A DNA stretch of 64,000 bases, from positions 736,001-800,000 of the forward strand of contig CAWBAT010000004.1 in assembly GCA_963786955.1 (NCBI GenBank), written 5' to 3'. How positions within the stretch are numbered: position 1 is the stretch's first letter; each line of letters begins with the position of its first letter. A program made the translations under genes and the position numbers. This document shows positions 1-10,479 of this stretch, piece after piece. This stretch comes from an uncultured Acidimicrobiia bacterium. GTDB taxonomy: Bacteria > Acidobacteriota > Terriglobia > Versatilivoradales > Versatilivoraceae. A model generated the notes under the pieces. The model saw only the letters and a list, made by a program, of their open reading frames with translations. It did no database searches and had not been told where the DNA came from.

Positions 1-3000
1 ATGTGGGCCGGTTAGACAGCCGGTAGTACTGGCGACGGACGAAGATTTCATTTCCTGCCGGAGAAATGGGGTCCTCAAGGCTGAAGAACTGCGCCTGCAC
101 GGCAAAATAGAGCGGGCTTTTGCCGCTTCTGCGCATAATCTTGATGTCATTCGCTCCATCGCGAATGAATTGGCGGTCAATGAGAAATTGACTGGGGGCC
201 GCGAAGGCATCCGCAGGTGTGATTCTCTTAACCACAACAGTTCGGTTGTTCACCGATAGCTCGTACTCAGCGTCGGGCGTCAACTCACCGCTCTGCTTGA
301 GATAACTGTTCAATGCCAGGATCGTAATCGCTGTGTCTCTCGTGTTACTCCATTGTGCTCCTCGTCGATTCTTGATCAACCAGTTGACGACCGGCTCGAC
401 CAGTTGATTCTTCGGATCAATGGTGAGCAGAGCACGCAATGCAAACGATGTGGCCTCGACGCCACCTTCCGACCAACGCCAGTAGATCCCGTCTTCCCCC
501 CAGTGGGCGGTACTCATGACAGCATCATGTGATGACTGATTACCCCGCTGGACGATGGAAGTGTCGGGTTTCGAGTCGATTTTCACCCCGTTCTCCAGGT
601 TCTGAACCAGGGTCCTCGCTTTGTCGGCATTCCCATAAGAATGCGCGGAAAGCGCCAATAGCGCTCGCGTATAGGCATTCAATTGGTCACGATTCTTCCA
701 CAGGTTATCATAGGCCGCAGACTGAAACTTTGAGATCGTCTCGTGCTTCGAAGAAACGTGTTGAGCAGATAAGGCGTGCAGCATCCACGCCTGCATATCG
801 GGGTTCGTTTCTTCTTCCACAATCTCTTTGTCGAGAAAATTAGCTCCTCTGTCCAACACATCGGCTTTGATGTCAACACCTGCTTCGCGAGCCAACGTGA
901 GTCCCCAAACAACGTACGCCGTCATGAAGTGATCGCTTTCTCCCTCCTTCCACCAACCCCAACCTCCGTCGCTATGCTGGAAGTCATAGAGTCGATTGAG
1001 ACCTTTCTTTACCATGTCATTGAGCTCGGCCAGGTTCTTCTTCCCCTTGGAGTGCGTCTTGTCCACATGCTCCTGGACGATGCCTCCAAAGACCCGGCTC
1101 ATTACAGTCTCGGGTTGTAGTCCCAAGCCTCCCAGAGTTTTGGCCGTGATGGCCGCCGGGAGAAATCGACTCATTGTCTGTTCCGTGCACCCATAAGGAT
1201 AATCAATGAGATAAGGAAGTGCGTCGAGCATCGTCACTGCCAGGCTGGGAGTGATCTGAACCATCATTTGGGTGGAATCCAGTTTGCGTTGACTGGGTAG
1301 ATCCAGTTTCACCGTCAGCTCATCTCCGCGCATTTTGCCGGACTTGGAAATAAACTTTTCGATACCGTGTTCATAGACGGTAAATTCATTCTCCATGGCA
1401 TCCGCATACTTGTCGCTACGAGCCGTGACCTTGAGTTTGGCTTGGCCCGGCTTTTGAACCAAAACATTCCAATCGACACGCGCTTCCCCATTGGCTTTGA
1501 CAAGGGTCGCAGCGGCAGGGTTCTCTCCCAAGGCCTGACTCGCGTCTCCCTTGGCAAGGACAAGACCCTGCAAAGCCAAAGCAGGCACAACGGTCATTGG
1601 TTTTTCGGTATTATTGTTGATGACAGCTGAAACCGTTACCGTGTCGCCCACAACAAAGAATCGCGGCGCTTGCAGACGAACGATTAGCGGTTGTTGGGTC
1701 CGTGTGGAAGCAGAGCCCATACCGAACTGATTGGTTTCGGAAGCCACCCGTGCGACAGCCTTCCAGCTCGTTAGAGCGTCTGGATATTTCACCTTAACGA
1801 CAGCTTTGCCGTTTTTATCCGTGACAATATCCGGCTGCCAGATCACCGTGGAACGGAAATCGCTGCGAACTTGCACGGCAGGCTCTTGTCCGGGTTTAGC
1901 CATCAAAGCGGCCTTTTGATCCATGCCGACGAGAGAGTCCTTCATCGCAACCTGGCGATTGCTCGCCATCTCGGAAGCAGGGGCGGCAAGTGCAAGCGAT
2001 TTTGCCATCGGACCGTCCATTCGCCCACCGATAGCACCACCGACAACGCCCGCGGTCCTCTGGGCTGCTGTGTAGACTTTACCTTCCTCCCGCGCACCGA
2101 ATCCCCCACTCTTTTCTTTCTTCAGTCTGTCGAGATCTCGTTCATCAACCAACTTCTTTTCGGCATCCTCAACCAGCTTGGAGTAGGACTTCATGTTTAG
2201 TGTGCTTTGCGTCTGAATTTGATTCGAGCGTTTGGAGCCGAAATAGAACTGGCGCGGATCACCGGCATAATCTTGCTGGATGTAATAGACAGATTCGTCC
2301 ACCATTCCCAGGGCGACTTCCGCAGACACCGGCTTGCCCTCCTGGTCTGTGCTGGTGATGGTTAGCCGTCCCTCTTCACGTGGCTGGTACTGTGGCCTGT
2401 CGGAGCTGACGTCTACCTTAAGAAAATGTTGAATCGGTGGAACGATCACCTGCTTGGTGTCGACGAACAATTGACGGTCACTGAACATTGCCGCACTGAG
2501 GAAGATGTTGGGCACATGTTTTTCCTGAATCTCCAGTTCGAGCAACTTCACGGTTCCGGTCACGTGAACGAGTTGAGTGCTATAAAGATCGTCCCCTTCA
2601 ATATTGAACAGGACATATCGGTCGGCAGTGGGCACGGCTAGCATCACCGGCGCTTTTTGACCGGCGCGAAACGTGTCTTTGTCTAGGATAATCTCGAGCC
2701 CACCGTGGCGGTAACCAAGATCTGAGCTGGTACTTCGGGCTACCCAGACAACTGTTTCAGCCTTAATGGGCGCTCTCCCTTTATCCTGGCTGACCCAGGA
2801 GATGCGGTAGTAACCTTCCCGCTCCGGGGTAAAGGCAAATTCGGTTTCCCCATCCGTCCCGGTTTTGATCAGGCGTGTCATAATCTCATCCTGCTGATAT
2901 CCACGAAACTTCAGTTGCCAGGGTCTTCCACCGGCTGGAGGCAGCGGAGGGAAAACAGATCCTTTCCCGCGGAATGATTCCAAGTCTGCCCCTTTGAGTT

Positions 3001-5476
3001 CATGTCCGTCAGAATCCAGCCAGATTTCGTACCAGTAGTTTCGGGTGAGCTTGATTCGTCCTTCCACCGCCAATGGCTGGCTGTTGGCGTCCAACGTTTT
3101 GATGTTGATGTTCACCTTGTCCTGCGGCCGGTAGAGATTGTGCTCGGGGCGGGGATAAACATAATAGCGTTGACGTGTGACGCGCACGGTCTCACTCCCA
3201 AGAATCTCGCGCCGGGAAGCATCGGTCACCCGGGCTTCGATGCGATATTCGAAATCCTGTTGAGCGTTCCGGGGCGTGTCAAAGGAAAGATTCACCTTCC
3301 CCGTGGCGTCCGTTCTCAGGCTCTCCCGCTTGATCACCTGGCCTTCACCCCAGTAATTTCGATAGGAGGAAGACATATCCTCATAGAACCAGGGATAATC
3401 GCGCTGCGGCTGCCAGGTATGATAAAACGGTTTTTGGTAAACCAGTACCTCCACGGTTGCGTTTGAGACTGCCCCACCGAAGTAATAGTCCGCTTGAACA
3501 GTGACTTCAACCGGATCACCCAGGCGAAAAGCTTTCTTTATTCCAGCTTCTTCCGGTGTCTGGATGTTTACCTTAAATTCAGGGAGCTTGTATTCTTCCA
3601 GACGGAACAAAGTCGCATTGCCAATATGCTGATGACGGCCTTCGTCCCAGAAGTTGACTTGATATTCGCCCAGAGGCATCGACTCGGTGAGATCGAGTGA
3701 TCCCCAGGCACTGCCAAAATCGTTGAGTGTCGCCGTCCCTTCCTTTACTTTGGCACCGCGTGGGTCGTGAATCTCAAATTCAATATTCTGGTGAGCGGGA
3801 GTAGAATATAGGGCGCCATTATATCTTCTGGCCAAAAATTTCCACTGCACCGATTCCATTGGCCGGTAAGCCGGCCGGTCCGTAAAAGCATAGATTCGCC
3901 AAGGCGGGTTATTTTGAGCGTTGGAGTAACTCTGCCCCGTGCTAAAGGCCTGACGGGCGTTAAGAGTGGCCCCGACAAACAACCTCATATATTGGGCCTT
4001 GTCGGGCAGATCAAAAACAGCGAACCCGTCCTGGTTTGTGCTCTTGACAGTCTCTTGCCAAATCCATTTCCGTTGATTGGTGCTTCCCTGCCATAATTGG
4101 ATTCGGGCGCCCGAAAGAGGGGCACCATTGAGGGCACTGCCAAAATAGACCAAGGCCTGCTTTCCACTGGTTTTAAAAACCAGCGCAGCGTCGGTAACGA
4201 GGACTAGATCACGCGTCTTTGTGCCCTGACTCTTAGCCTCAAGCACATAAGCACCGACGGGCAACTTCGCTCCTAGACGAATAGTCTCTTCTCCCGGTTT
4301 ATAGTCTCCTTTGTTCTCGATTTCCTTGGACCAAGCCTTGACCAGCGCGGATTCAATTAAGGCGATGGATTGGATCCAGGATGATTCAGAGGAATCCTTT
4401 TCCGAAAACCGCACATCATGGGTGAGATCCACTTTGAATAGGGCCAGCTCAATTCTCTGAATATTGCGCCAGTTCAGGTGGAATTGAATTTCGGAATCGG
4501 GCAGAAAGATATTGGGAACCATGACTCCCAGGGCGGGTGAAGTAATGGTTTTAATCTGTTGCTGGGCCTGGTCGTAATAACGGGTCTCCCCTTTGCGATA
4601 CTCATTTACGAGACGCTGAAACAGTTCGAGCCCTTTGACATAATCGGGTTCCTGGCGCCACTGGCCGTCTTCGAGGGGAACAATGCGTCCTTGGCCGGCC
4701 ATCCATTCCGCATAATGGTAAAGGGCGTCATCGTACCATTCGCTGGTTTTCCCTGGTTTAATCGCGGCTTCAAACTCTTCCGGTACACGCTGCCGCTGTT
4801 CCCACTCACCGCCCCGTTGCAGGATGGTCATAGCAATCAGATAGTGAGCATGAGCCTTGTCATTGTCGCTCGAAGAAATTTTGAGAGCGTTTTCGAGGAT
4901 CTCGAGAGGAATCGTATTACCGTAGTAACCGTAATAGTAGTAAGGCTCGACCCAGGGAGGCCTCGCCATGCTCCAGACCATCTTAAGATAGCGCGCGCGC
5001 GCCATTTCCAAATTCGAGGCACCTGCCCACCAATCGAGTGCCAGTTGGTAATGGGTCCAGGACTGACTCCAGTCCGGGGAATTCCGTCGTATCCAATAAA
5101 AGTCACCCAGGGATTCCTGCACTTCGGCCCAGACGCGGTCTCGGTCTTCGGCCCGATGGATATCTCGGACCAGAGTCTCCAGTTGCAGCCGCGCGCTGTC
5201 CAGCTTTGTCAAATCCGCTGTTTGAGTGGAGGCCTGGGAGCGCCAAAGGCAGTCGGCTATTCGAAAATCGACCCAACGTAATTCGGCAGTAGAAAGGTTC
5301 TGTTGCTTCGCTTTCAGGTAAATTTCGTAGGCGCGCGCATAAGAAGACTCAGCATGAAAGCGCTCGGCCTCTGTTTTGAGTTGATCGTAATCCAATTGTT
5401 GGGTTTGATTGGCGCGCCCAGTCAACAGGCACAAAGAAAGGGCAGCCAGAAAGCCTAATATCTTCAATGATTTCAT
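1..5476 (-). CDS. Bacterial alpha-2-macroglobulin family protein, 3'-truncated by the window edge (>1825 aa)
   Basis: Manual translation of the minus strand. ATG at 5476 gives MKSLKILGFLAALSLCLLTG (signal-like). The same frame contains MLDALPYLIDYPYGCTEQTMSRF with the thioester motif CTEQ at 1178-1189, and VRSDFRSTVIWQPDIVTD and FPDALTSWKAVAR, typical of A2M domains. Missing from the ORF track because no stop lies inside the window. Confidence 0.92.
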   Translation of the reverse strand, partial: MKSLKILGFLAALSLCLLTGRANQTQQLDYDQLKTEAERFHAESSYARAYEIYLKAKQQNLSTAELRWVDFRIADCLWRSQASTQTADLTKLDSARLQLETLVRDIHRAEDRDRVWAEVQESLGDFYWIRRNSPDWSQSWTHYQLALDWWAGASNLEMARARYLKMVWSMARPPWVEPYYYYGYYGNTIPLEILENALKISSSDNDKAHAHYLIAMTILQRGGEWEQRQRVPEEFEAAIKPGKTSEWYDDALYHYAEWMAGQGRIVPLEDGQWRQEPDYVKGLELFQRLVNEYRKGETRYYDQAQQQIKTITSPALGVMVPNIFLPDSEIQFHLNWRNIQRIELALFKVDLTHDVRFSEKDSSESSWIQSIALIESALVKAWSKEIENKGDYKPGEETIRLGAKLPVGAYVLEAKSQGTKTRDLVLVTDAALVFKTSGKQALVYFGSALNGAPLSGARIQLWQGSTNQRKWIWQETVKSTNQDGFAVFDLPDKAQYMRLFVGATLNARQAFSTGQSYSNAQNNPPWRIYAFTDRPAYRPMESVQWKFLARRYNGALYSTPAHQNIEFEIHDPRGAKVKEGTATLNDFGSAWGSLDLTESMPLGEYQVNFWDEGRHQHIGNATLFRLEEYKLPEFKVNIQTPEEAGIKKAFRLGDPVEVTVQADYYFGGAVSNATVEVLVYQKPFYHTWQPQRDYPWFYEDMSSSYRNYWGEGQVIKRESLRTDATGKVNLSFDTPRNAQQDFEYRIEARVTDASRREILGSETVRVTRQRYYVYPRPEHNLYRPQDKVNINIKTLDANSQPLAVEGRIKLTRNYWYEIWLDSDGHELKGADLESFRGKGSVFPPLPPAGGRPWQLKFRGYQQDEIMTRLIKTGTDGETEFAFTPEREGYYRISWVSQDKGRAPIKAETVVWVARSTSSDLGYRHGGLEIILDKDTFRAGQKAPVMLAVPTADRYVLFNIEGDDLYSTQLVHVTGTVKLLELEIQEKHVPNIFLSAAMFSDRQLFVDTKQVIVPPIQHFLKVDVSSDRPQYQPREEGRLTITSTDQEGKPVSAEVALGMVDESVYYIQQDYAGDPRQFYFGSKRSNQIQTQSTLNMKSYSKLVEDAEKKLVDERDLDRLKKEKSGGFGAREEGKVYTAAQRTAGVVGGAIGGRMDGPMAKSLALAAPASEMASNRQVAMKDSLVGMDQKAALMAKPGQEPAVQVRSDFRSTVIWQPDIVTDKNGKAVVKVKYPDALTSWKAVARVASETNQFGMGSASTRTQQPLIVRLQAPRFFVVGDTVTVSAVINNNTEKPMTVVPALALQGLVLAKGDASQALGENPAAATLVKANGEARVDWNVLVQKPGQAKLKVTARSDKYADAMENEFTVYEHGIEKFISKSGKMRGDELTVKLDLPSQRKLDSTQMMVQITPSLAVTMLDALPYLIDYPYGCTEQTMSRFLPAAITAKTLGGLGLQPETVMSRVFGGIVQEHVDKTHSKGKKNLAELNDMVKKGLNRLYDFQHSDGGWGWWKEGESDHFMTAYVVWGLTLAREAGVDIKADVLDRGANFLDKEIVEEETNPDMQAWMLHALSAQHVSSKHETISKFQSAAYDNLWKNRDQLNAYTRALLALSAHSYGNADKARTLVQNLENGVKIDSKPDTSIVQRGNQSSHDAVMSTAHWGEDGIYWRWSEGGVEATSFALRALLTIDPKNQLVEPVVNWLIKNRRGAQWSNTRDTAITILALNSYLKQSGELTPDAEYELSVNNRTVVVKRITPADAFAAPSQFLIDRQFIRDGANDIKIMRRSGKSPLYFAVQAQFFSLEDPISPAGNEIFVRRQYYRLSNRPT

Positions 5477-5650
5477 GGGTCACATCCAAAGGTTTGGGTT
5501 GTTCTGGCACACCAGAATTACCCTGGAATCGATGTCACGCAGCGTGATTGGCGAATGCAACGACTCACTCCACGTAACCCTTACAATCCTATAGACGGAA
5601 TTTACTCCACCTCTTGCATCATTTATTCTGAATTCCGAAGTTGCATGAGC

Positions 5651-5870
5651 GTCGCTAGGTGGAGCGGGCGCGTGGGACCGCTCGTTGGGTGGCGACATGT
5701 GTTTTTGGCATGTCTGCGTGAAACAGCAGCATCAAAGAAGACTGTCCAAAACTAAATGACCCCTATCCTGTAGATGGCTGAATCTCGAGCTTAACCATTT
5801 GAAGGCCCCCGAACTCAAGACTAGCTAGGCCTGTTCGCAGACATGCCAACGACGCATGTCTGCGCCGCCC
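5651..5870. repeat. Cluster of REP-like palindromes (family A half element plus inverted pair of family B)
   Basis: GTCGCTAGGTGGAGCGGGCGCGTGGGACCGC (5651-5681) matches elements at 10359-10448 and 34960-35025. GGGTGGCGACATG..GCATGTCTGCG (5687-5718) and CGCAGACATGC..GCATGTCTGCGCCGCCC (5836-5870) form an inverted doublet. Confidence 0.65.
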
Positions 5871-6091
5871 ATGAAGAACTGCCCAGCTTGACATCCCACC
5901 GCAGGAAGCCTCAAATTCGAGGATGGCCCAAAGTGTAACGTTACTTCGTGCATTTGTATTAGACTCAGCTTCAATGAACGAATAGCAGCGCTGACAAATT
6001 CAAGACTCATCATCACAAGACCAAAGAAACCAAAACAAATAAAATCGATGTTCCATAACTCTCGGCCTATCGCGGGATAACGATAGGTACT

Positions 6092-7906
6092 CTAAGGCTC
6101 CGAGGCGAACTTTTTCTTCTCAAGTTCAGCCCAGCGAGCATAGAGCCTACTGACCAGTTCCTGGGCTTCTTCCAGAGCCTGGTGGCGCTCCAGCAGCTTG
6201 GCAGAATCCGACGCAATCGCCGGGTCTTCGGCTTCCCGACGGCGCTGATCGAGAGCGGTTTCGGCCTCCAGAATCTTCCTTTCCATTTGGTCCCATTCGA
6301 TCTGATCGAGGTAAGATAGCCGTTTAGTGCGGTCTGAGGCCGTGATTCCCTTGGTCCGTGCTGCCTTCGCTTTGGCAGTCTCGTCCGATTTGGGCAAGCT
6401 GCAAGCCTCCTCCCATTGCAGGTAATCGGCGAAAACACCGGAACCTCCCTCACCATCCAAGCCCAGGGCCACTGTACAGATGCGGTCAAGCATGAACCGG
6501 TCATGGGTTACTAGTACTAAAGCTCCCGGAAACTCCGACAGGCTCTCTTCAAGGATTTCGAGCGTAGGAATATCCAGGTCGTTGGTGGGTTCGTCAAGCA
6601 GCAGGAGGTCCGCCGGCTGCAGCATGAGCCGTGCGATCAGTGCCCGGGCTTGCTCGCCTCCGGAAAGCCTCCCCACTGGCATGTCCAATTGTTCCGGTCG
6701 AAAAAGGAAACGTCGGGCATATCCGGCAATGTGAACGGATTGGTCGCGATAGATGACTGAATCTCCGTCCGGAGCCAGCGTTCGTCTGAGCGAGAGATCT
6801 TTCTCCAGTTGTGCACGGCTCTGATCAAAGACTACGAGACGCAGTCCATCGGCCCGTTCCACGCGGCCCGAGTCAGGAGTGACCTCTCCGGTTAGTAGTT
6901 TCAATAGAGTGGTCTTGCCGCTGCCGTTCGCTCCAAGAAGACCGAGTTTGACGCCAGGGGAAAGGATAAAGCTCAGATCTGAAAAGAGTGTCTGATTCCC
7001 CATCTGTTTGCCGAGTTTCTCAACTCGAATGAGTTGCTTGCTCTTGCGATGGGAGCTGGTGAAATCAATGAGCGTGGCGGCTTGAGAATTCCTGGCTCGC
7101 ACCTCCGCAAGTTCGCTCATCAGCCCTTCCGCGGCTTTAATCCGGGAGCGGGACTTTCCCCTTCTTGCTTTGGGTCCCCGGCGCAGCCATTCTGCCTCCC
7201 GGCGCACCTTGTTCGCGAGTGATTCCTCCTGCTTGGATTGCGCCGCTAGAAATTCTTCCTTTTTGACCAGGAATTCGGTGTAGCTACCCTCAATATTGAA
7301 CAGGCCGGGGGGATAGAGCCTGTTCAACTCGATCATGTGGGTCACCACGTTGTCCAGGAAGTAACGATCATGGCTGACGATCAAGCTGGCAAAAGGGGCT
7401 GAGACCAGCAACGTTTCCAGCCATTCGATGCCTTGCAAGTCGAGGTGATTGGTCGGTTCGTCGAGCAGCAGCAGGTCCGGGGCTCTCACGAGCTCGCAGG
7501 CTATGGCCAGGCGCTTCTTCCAACCGCCCGACAAATTGCCGGCTATCTCGTGGTCGTCGTCGAACCCCGACTTCCCCATGACCGTACGCAGGCGGGCAGT
7601 CTTTTCACCTTCTTCGATCAACGCAGGGGCGAGGCAAGCCTCTAGGATTTGGTGGACGGAACGATCTGACGGAAAATCAGATTCCTGAGGAACATAGCCG
7701 ACGCTTAGTTTCTTTCGGCTGGAAACTGTGCCGGTATCCGGCACTTCAAGACCGGCCAGGATTTTCAGCAAGGTAGATTTACCGGAACCGTTGGGTCCGA
7801 TCAGTCCGGAACGTTCTCCTTCTGAAAGGCCGAATGAAATATCTTCAAAGAGGTGCTGGGCACCGTAAGACTTACTTATGGATTGGCAACTCAGCAACAG
7901 CGGCAT
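6092..7906 (-). CDS. uup: ABC-F family ATP-binding protein (Uup-like)
   Basis: Two ABC domains (GPNGSGKST, LSGG, LLLDEPTNHLD; GANGSGKTT, LSGGE, LLLDEPTNDLD), no transmembrane segments, and a C-terminal coiled-coil ending LYARWAELE as in Uup. Confidence 0.88.
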   Translation of the reverse strand: MPLLLSCQSISKSYGAQHLFEDISFGLSEGERSGLIGPNGSGKSTLLKILAGLEVPDTGTVSSRKKLSVGYVPQESDFPSDRSVHQILEACLAPALIEEGEKTARLRTVMGKSGFDDDHEIAGNLSGGWKKRLAIACELVRAPDLLLLDEPTNHLDLQGIEWLETLLVSAPFASLIVSHDRYFLDNVVTHMIELNRLYPPGLFNIEGSYTEFLVKKEEFLAAQSKQEESLANKVRREAEWLRRGPKARRGKSRSRIKAAEGLMSELAEVRARNSQAATLIDFTSSHRKSKQLIRVEKLGKQMGNQTLFSDLSFILSPGVKLGLLGANGSGKTTLLKLLTGEVTPDSGRVERADGLRLVVFDQSRAQLEKDLSLRRTLAPDGDSVIYRDQSVHIAGYARRFLFRPEQLDMPVGRLSGGEQARALIARLMLQPADLLLLDEPTNDLDIPTLEILEESLSEFPGALVLVTHDRFMLDRICTVALGLDGEGGSGVFADYLQWEEACSLPKSDETAKAKAARTKGITASDRTKRLSYLDQIEWDQMERKILEAETALDQRRREAEDPAIASDSAKLLERHQALEEAQELVSRLYARWAELEKKKFASEP

Positions 7907-8003
7907 GAAAAAATGTAGAGCTCTCCAAATCGTTTATAACATGCTTCACAGAGCTCATAAACATGAATCAAATGTAGAACCTGCGGGTACGGGTCAGTCG
8001 TCC

Positions 8004-8050
8004 GCGGGTTGGCGCAGACATGCGACTTGCGCATGTCTGCGCCAGTCCGC
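8004..8050. repeat. REP-like long hairpin (family B)
   Basis: GCGGGTTGGCGCAGACATGCG-ACTTG-CGCATGTCTGCGCCAGTCCGC is a near-perfect inverted repeat with the same core as 5687-5870 and 48749-48781. Confidence 0.7.
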
Positions 8051-8065
8051 GATAGGCAGAAGCAC

Positions 8066-9340
8066 TCACCATTGGCCGGAGCGGTGACCTCCCACGAAGC
8101 CTGGCCCTCTCGGCTCGCTGCGATCCTGTTCAATTAAGGGACGATTGCCCTTGGCGGTCACGATATAAGACCGCTCCATGTGGATCGCTCCCACTGTGGG
8201 CATGAAAACACAAGCCTCGAGATTGATGACCATGCCTTCTTCGATTGGGAGATCGGATGATACATCGAGACACTCATCGCGGATTCGCAAGCCATTCTTG
8301 GATACGAGGATTGGATAATCTCTAATCTCGAGGCCCAGTCCATGGCCGTGGGGAAACGAGGCGGTGATCCCGTTCATCTTGAGATTTTCCTGCATCACAG
8401 CCTGAACCTCTGACGACTTGACTCCTGGGCGCAGGATTTCCACCCCAGCCTTAAGACAAGCTGTTAACGCCTGATACCGCTCGCGCATGTCTCGTGTAGG
8501 AACCGCCATGGCCAAGGTTGTGCCACTATCTGAGAAATAATTAGCGTGGATACACCCGAAGTCGACAAAAAGAATATCGTCGGAAGTCAAAATATAGTTC
8601 GGTTCCGTGCAGACCCCCATGCCTCTTATGCTGAACGCATAGTGCTCGAAGTTTGCCCCCATCTCTGCGGACCGCAAGCGATAGTGTTGCACAACATCCG
8701 CCATCGGCTTTCCAGGGCGGGCCAGCGCAAGGCTTTCCATGGCTGCTTGTTCGTTGATTTCGGCCGAACGCGCGAGCCGCTTAATCTCCTCCTCGGTTTT
8801 CACCGCTCTAATCAAGCGGATGAGGTTGGTTGAATCCTTAATCAATGCCTGAGGCAACGCATGCCTGAGCGCCTCGCAAGCGGCAGGCAGAAGACCTTCC
8901 ATTTCCAGACCAATGCGGGCATCGACCAGGCCTCGACTCTTCAAAACATGGATCAATGCTTCGGTCGCATTGGCATGGCGCGGCTTCTCTCGAAGAAGAT
9001 GAATGAAACGCTTTTCCAGCTCAGTAGGGGACTGGTACGGTAAAGAGTAATCGAGACCAGGGTCACCATAAACCTGGAGGTCGTTGACCCGCAAGTCAGC
9101 AGCATTTATGACCGACAGAGCCCCCAGAACTAGTGCCGGTTCTCCTGCTATTGGAACAACTGCATAGGACTGCGCCCGGTTCGAAGAGCCCCCCGGGTTA
9201 CTCATGTACTCTTTAAATGCAGAGTCGAGCCAAAAATAATAGTCCGTGAAATAAGTGATGTTGACAGGCGAGGTCGCCACCAGAACATCGAGGTTGTATT
9301 CCTTCATGAATTGAATTGCGCGGGCTTGATTGAAAATCAT
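8066..9340 (-). CDS. Xaa-Pro peptidase (M24 family) with creatinase-like N-terminal domain
   Basis: Metal ligands VDFG, SDSG, HGHGLG, NLEA, HMER, plus IRAVKTEEEI. The likely start is MIFNQARA at 9340 rather than the ORF-track start at 9466. Confidence 0.85.
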   Translation of the reverse strand: MIFNQARAIQFMKEYNLDVLVATSPVNITYFTDYYFWLDSAFKEYMSNPGGSSNRAQSYAVVPIAGEPALVLGALSVINAADLRVNDLQVYGDPGLDYSLPYQSPTELEKRFIHLLREKPRHANATEALIHVLKSRGLVDARIGLEMEGLLPAACEALRHALPQALIKDSTNLIRLIRAVKTEEEIKRLARSAEINEQAAMESLALARPGKPMADVVQHYRLRSAEMGANFEHYAFSIRGMGVCTEPNYILTSDDILFVDFGCIHANYFSDSGTTLAMAVPTRDMRERYQALTACLKAGVEILRPGVKSSEVQAVMQENLKMNGITASFPHGHGLGLEIRDYPILVSKNGLRIRDECLDVSSDLPIEEGMVINLEACVFMPTVGAIHMERSYIVTAKGNRPLIEQDRSEPRGPGFVGGHRSGQW

Positions 9341-9462
9341 TCTTATTCGGAGGATCCTTACCAATCGTTGATCTGCGAGCCGGTCTTCCGAACTGCGACG
9401 ACCGGCACATTCACGGACCCTCTTTCTCCTTTCCTCACAAGATTTGAATAAGCCCTCTGAGC

Positions 9463-10224
9463 TCACTTCTGTGTGGGGACCTGGATGATAGACGTTAGGC
9501 CCCCATCGACAATCAGATACGTGCCAGTCATGTAAGAGGACATATCGGATGCCAAAAACAGGGCAGGTTGGGCAATGTCCTCAGGTTGACCGTTACGCCG
9601 CAATGGACACATCTCTGCAATTCTTCCACGCTCCTCTTCCGAAACCTTATCCCAAAGGCCTGTCACCACAGCCCCGGGCAGAATCGTGTTGACCCGAACG
9701 GTGGGTGCGTAGTCCGCGGCTAGTGATCGTGTCAGAGCCAGCAATCCGCCCTTGGCTGCTTGGTAGGCGGCGTACCCCGCATAACCACGAAGAGCGTGAA
9801 CCGAGCCCGTAATAATAAAGACTCCGCCGCCCTGGGCCACGATTCTTGGGAGAGTGCAATGAGCTAACATCCAAGTTGCCTTCAAACATACATCCAGAGT
9901 TCGGTCCCAGTCGTGTTCATTGATTTCTGTAGCCGAGCCCATCACGTGAGCAGCAGCATTGCTGAGCACAATATCTAATTTTCCGAACTGCTTGAAAGCG
10001 GTTTCTACCATTGCTTGGACTTGGTTCATGCTGCCTACATCGGCCGTAATGGCAATGGCTTCGCCATGAGCAGCGCGAATACTCTCAGCCGTCTCTTGAC
10101 AGCCATGGGAATGAATATCGGCCACTGCCACCTTCGCGCCTTCCCGCGCGAAAAGCTTTGCTGTAGCGCGTCCGATGCCTGATGCAGCCCCCGTGATCAA
10201 GGCAACCTTCCCTTCGAGTAACAT
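9463..10224 (-). CDS. Short-chain dehydrogenase/reductase (SDR)
   Basis: TGAASGIG Rossmann motif, catalytic YQAAK (YxxxK), VRVNTILPG, and C-terminal VDGG. Confidence 0.92.
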   Translation of the reverse strand: MLLEGKVALITGAASGIGRATAKLFAREGAKVAVADIHSHGCQETAESIRAAHGEAIAITADVGSMNQVQAMVETAFKQFGKLDIVLSNAAAHVMGSATEINEHDWDRTLDVCLKATWMLAHCTLPRIVAQGGGVFIITGSVHALRGYAGYAAYQAAKGGLLALTRSLAADYAPTVRVNTILPGAVVTGLWDKVSEEERGRIAEMCPLRRNGQPEDIAQPALFLASDMSSYMTGTYLIVDGGLTSIIQVPTQK

Positions 10225-10358
10225 GGGTCCTTGCCTCCTTATTATTCTCAGTCACTCATTCCAGCTGTCGTGGGATGGATAACAAAAATTTGAAATCTGT
10301 CTAAGACTTGAAAGGCATCCACGGTAGAGAAAGAGGCTATCAGCGATCTGCCCATTCC

Positions 10359-10448
10359 GGTGGAACGCGCGCGTGGGACCACTGCCCCCCGCATGCGCGT
10401 TCATCGAGCGTGCGCCGGGGGACGGCGGTCCCACGCGCCCGCTCCACC
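10359..10448. repeat. REPIN-like inverted repeat element (family A)
   Basis: GGTGGAACGCGCGCGTGGGACC...GGTCCCACGCGCCCGCTCCACC terminal inverted repeats. The internal GCGCGTTCATCGAGCGTGCGC is shared with 34960-35025. Confidence 0.7.
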
Positions 10449-10479
10449 TGGCTAGGATCACACCAATTCGAATTTCGGC

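Noticed and set aside
529-5292. Numerous short ORFs in the track over 0.5-5.3 kb
   Set aside because: They are shadows of the long minus-strand alpha-2-macroglobulin frame.
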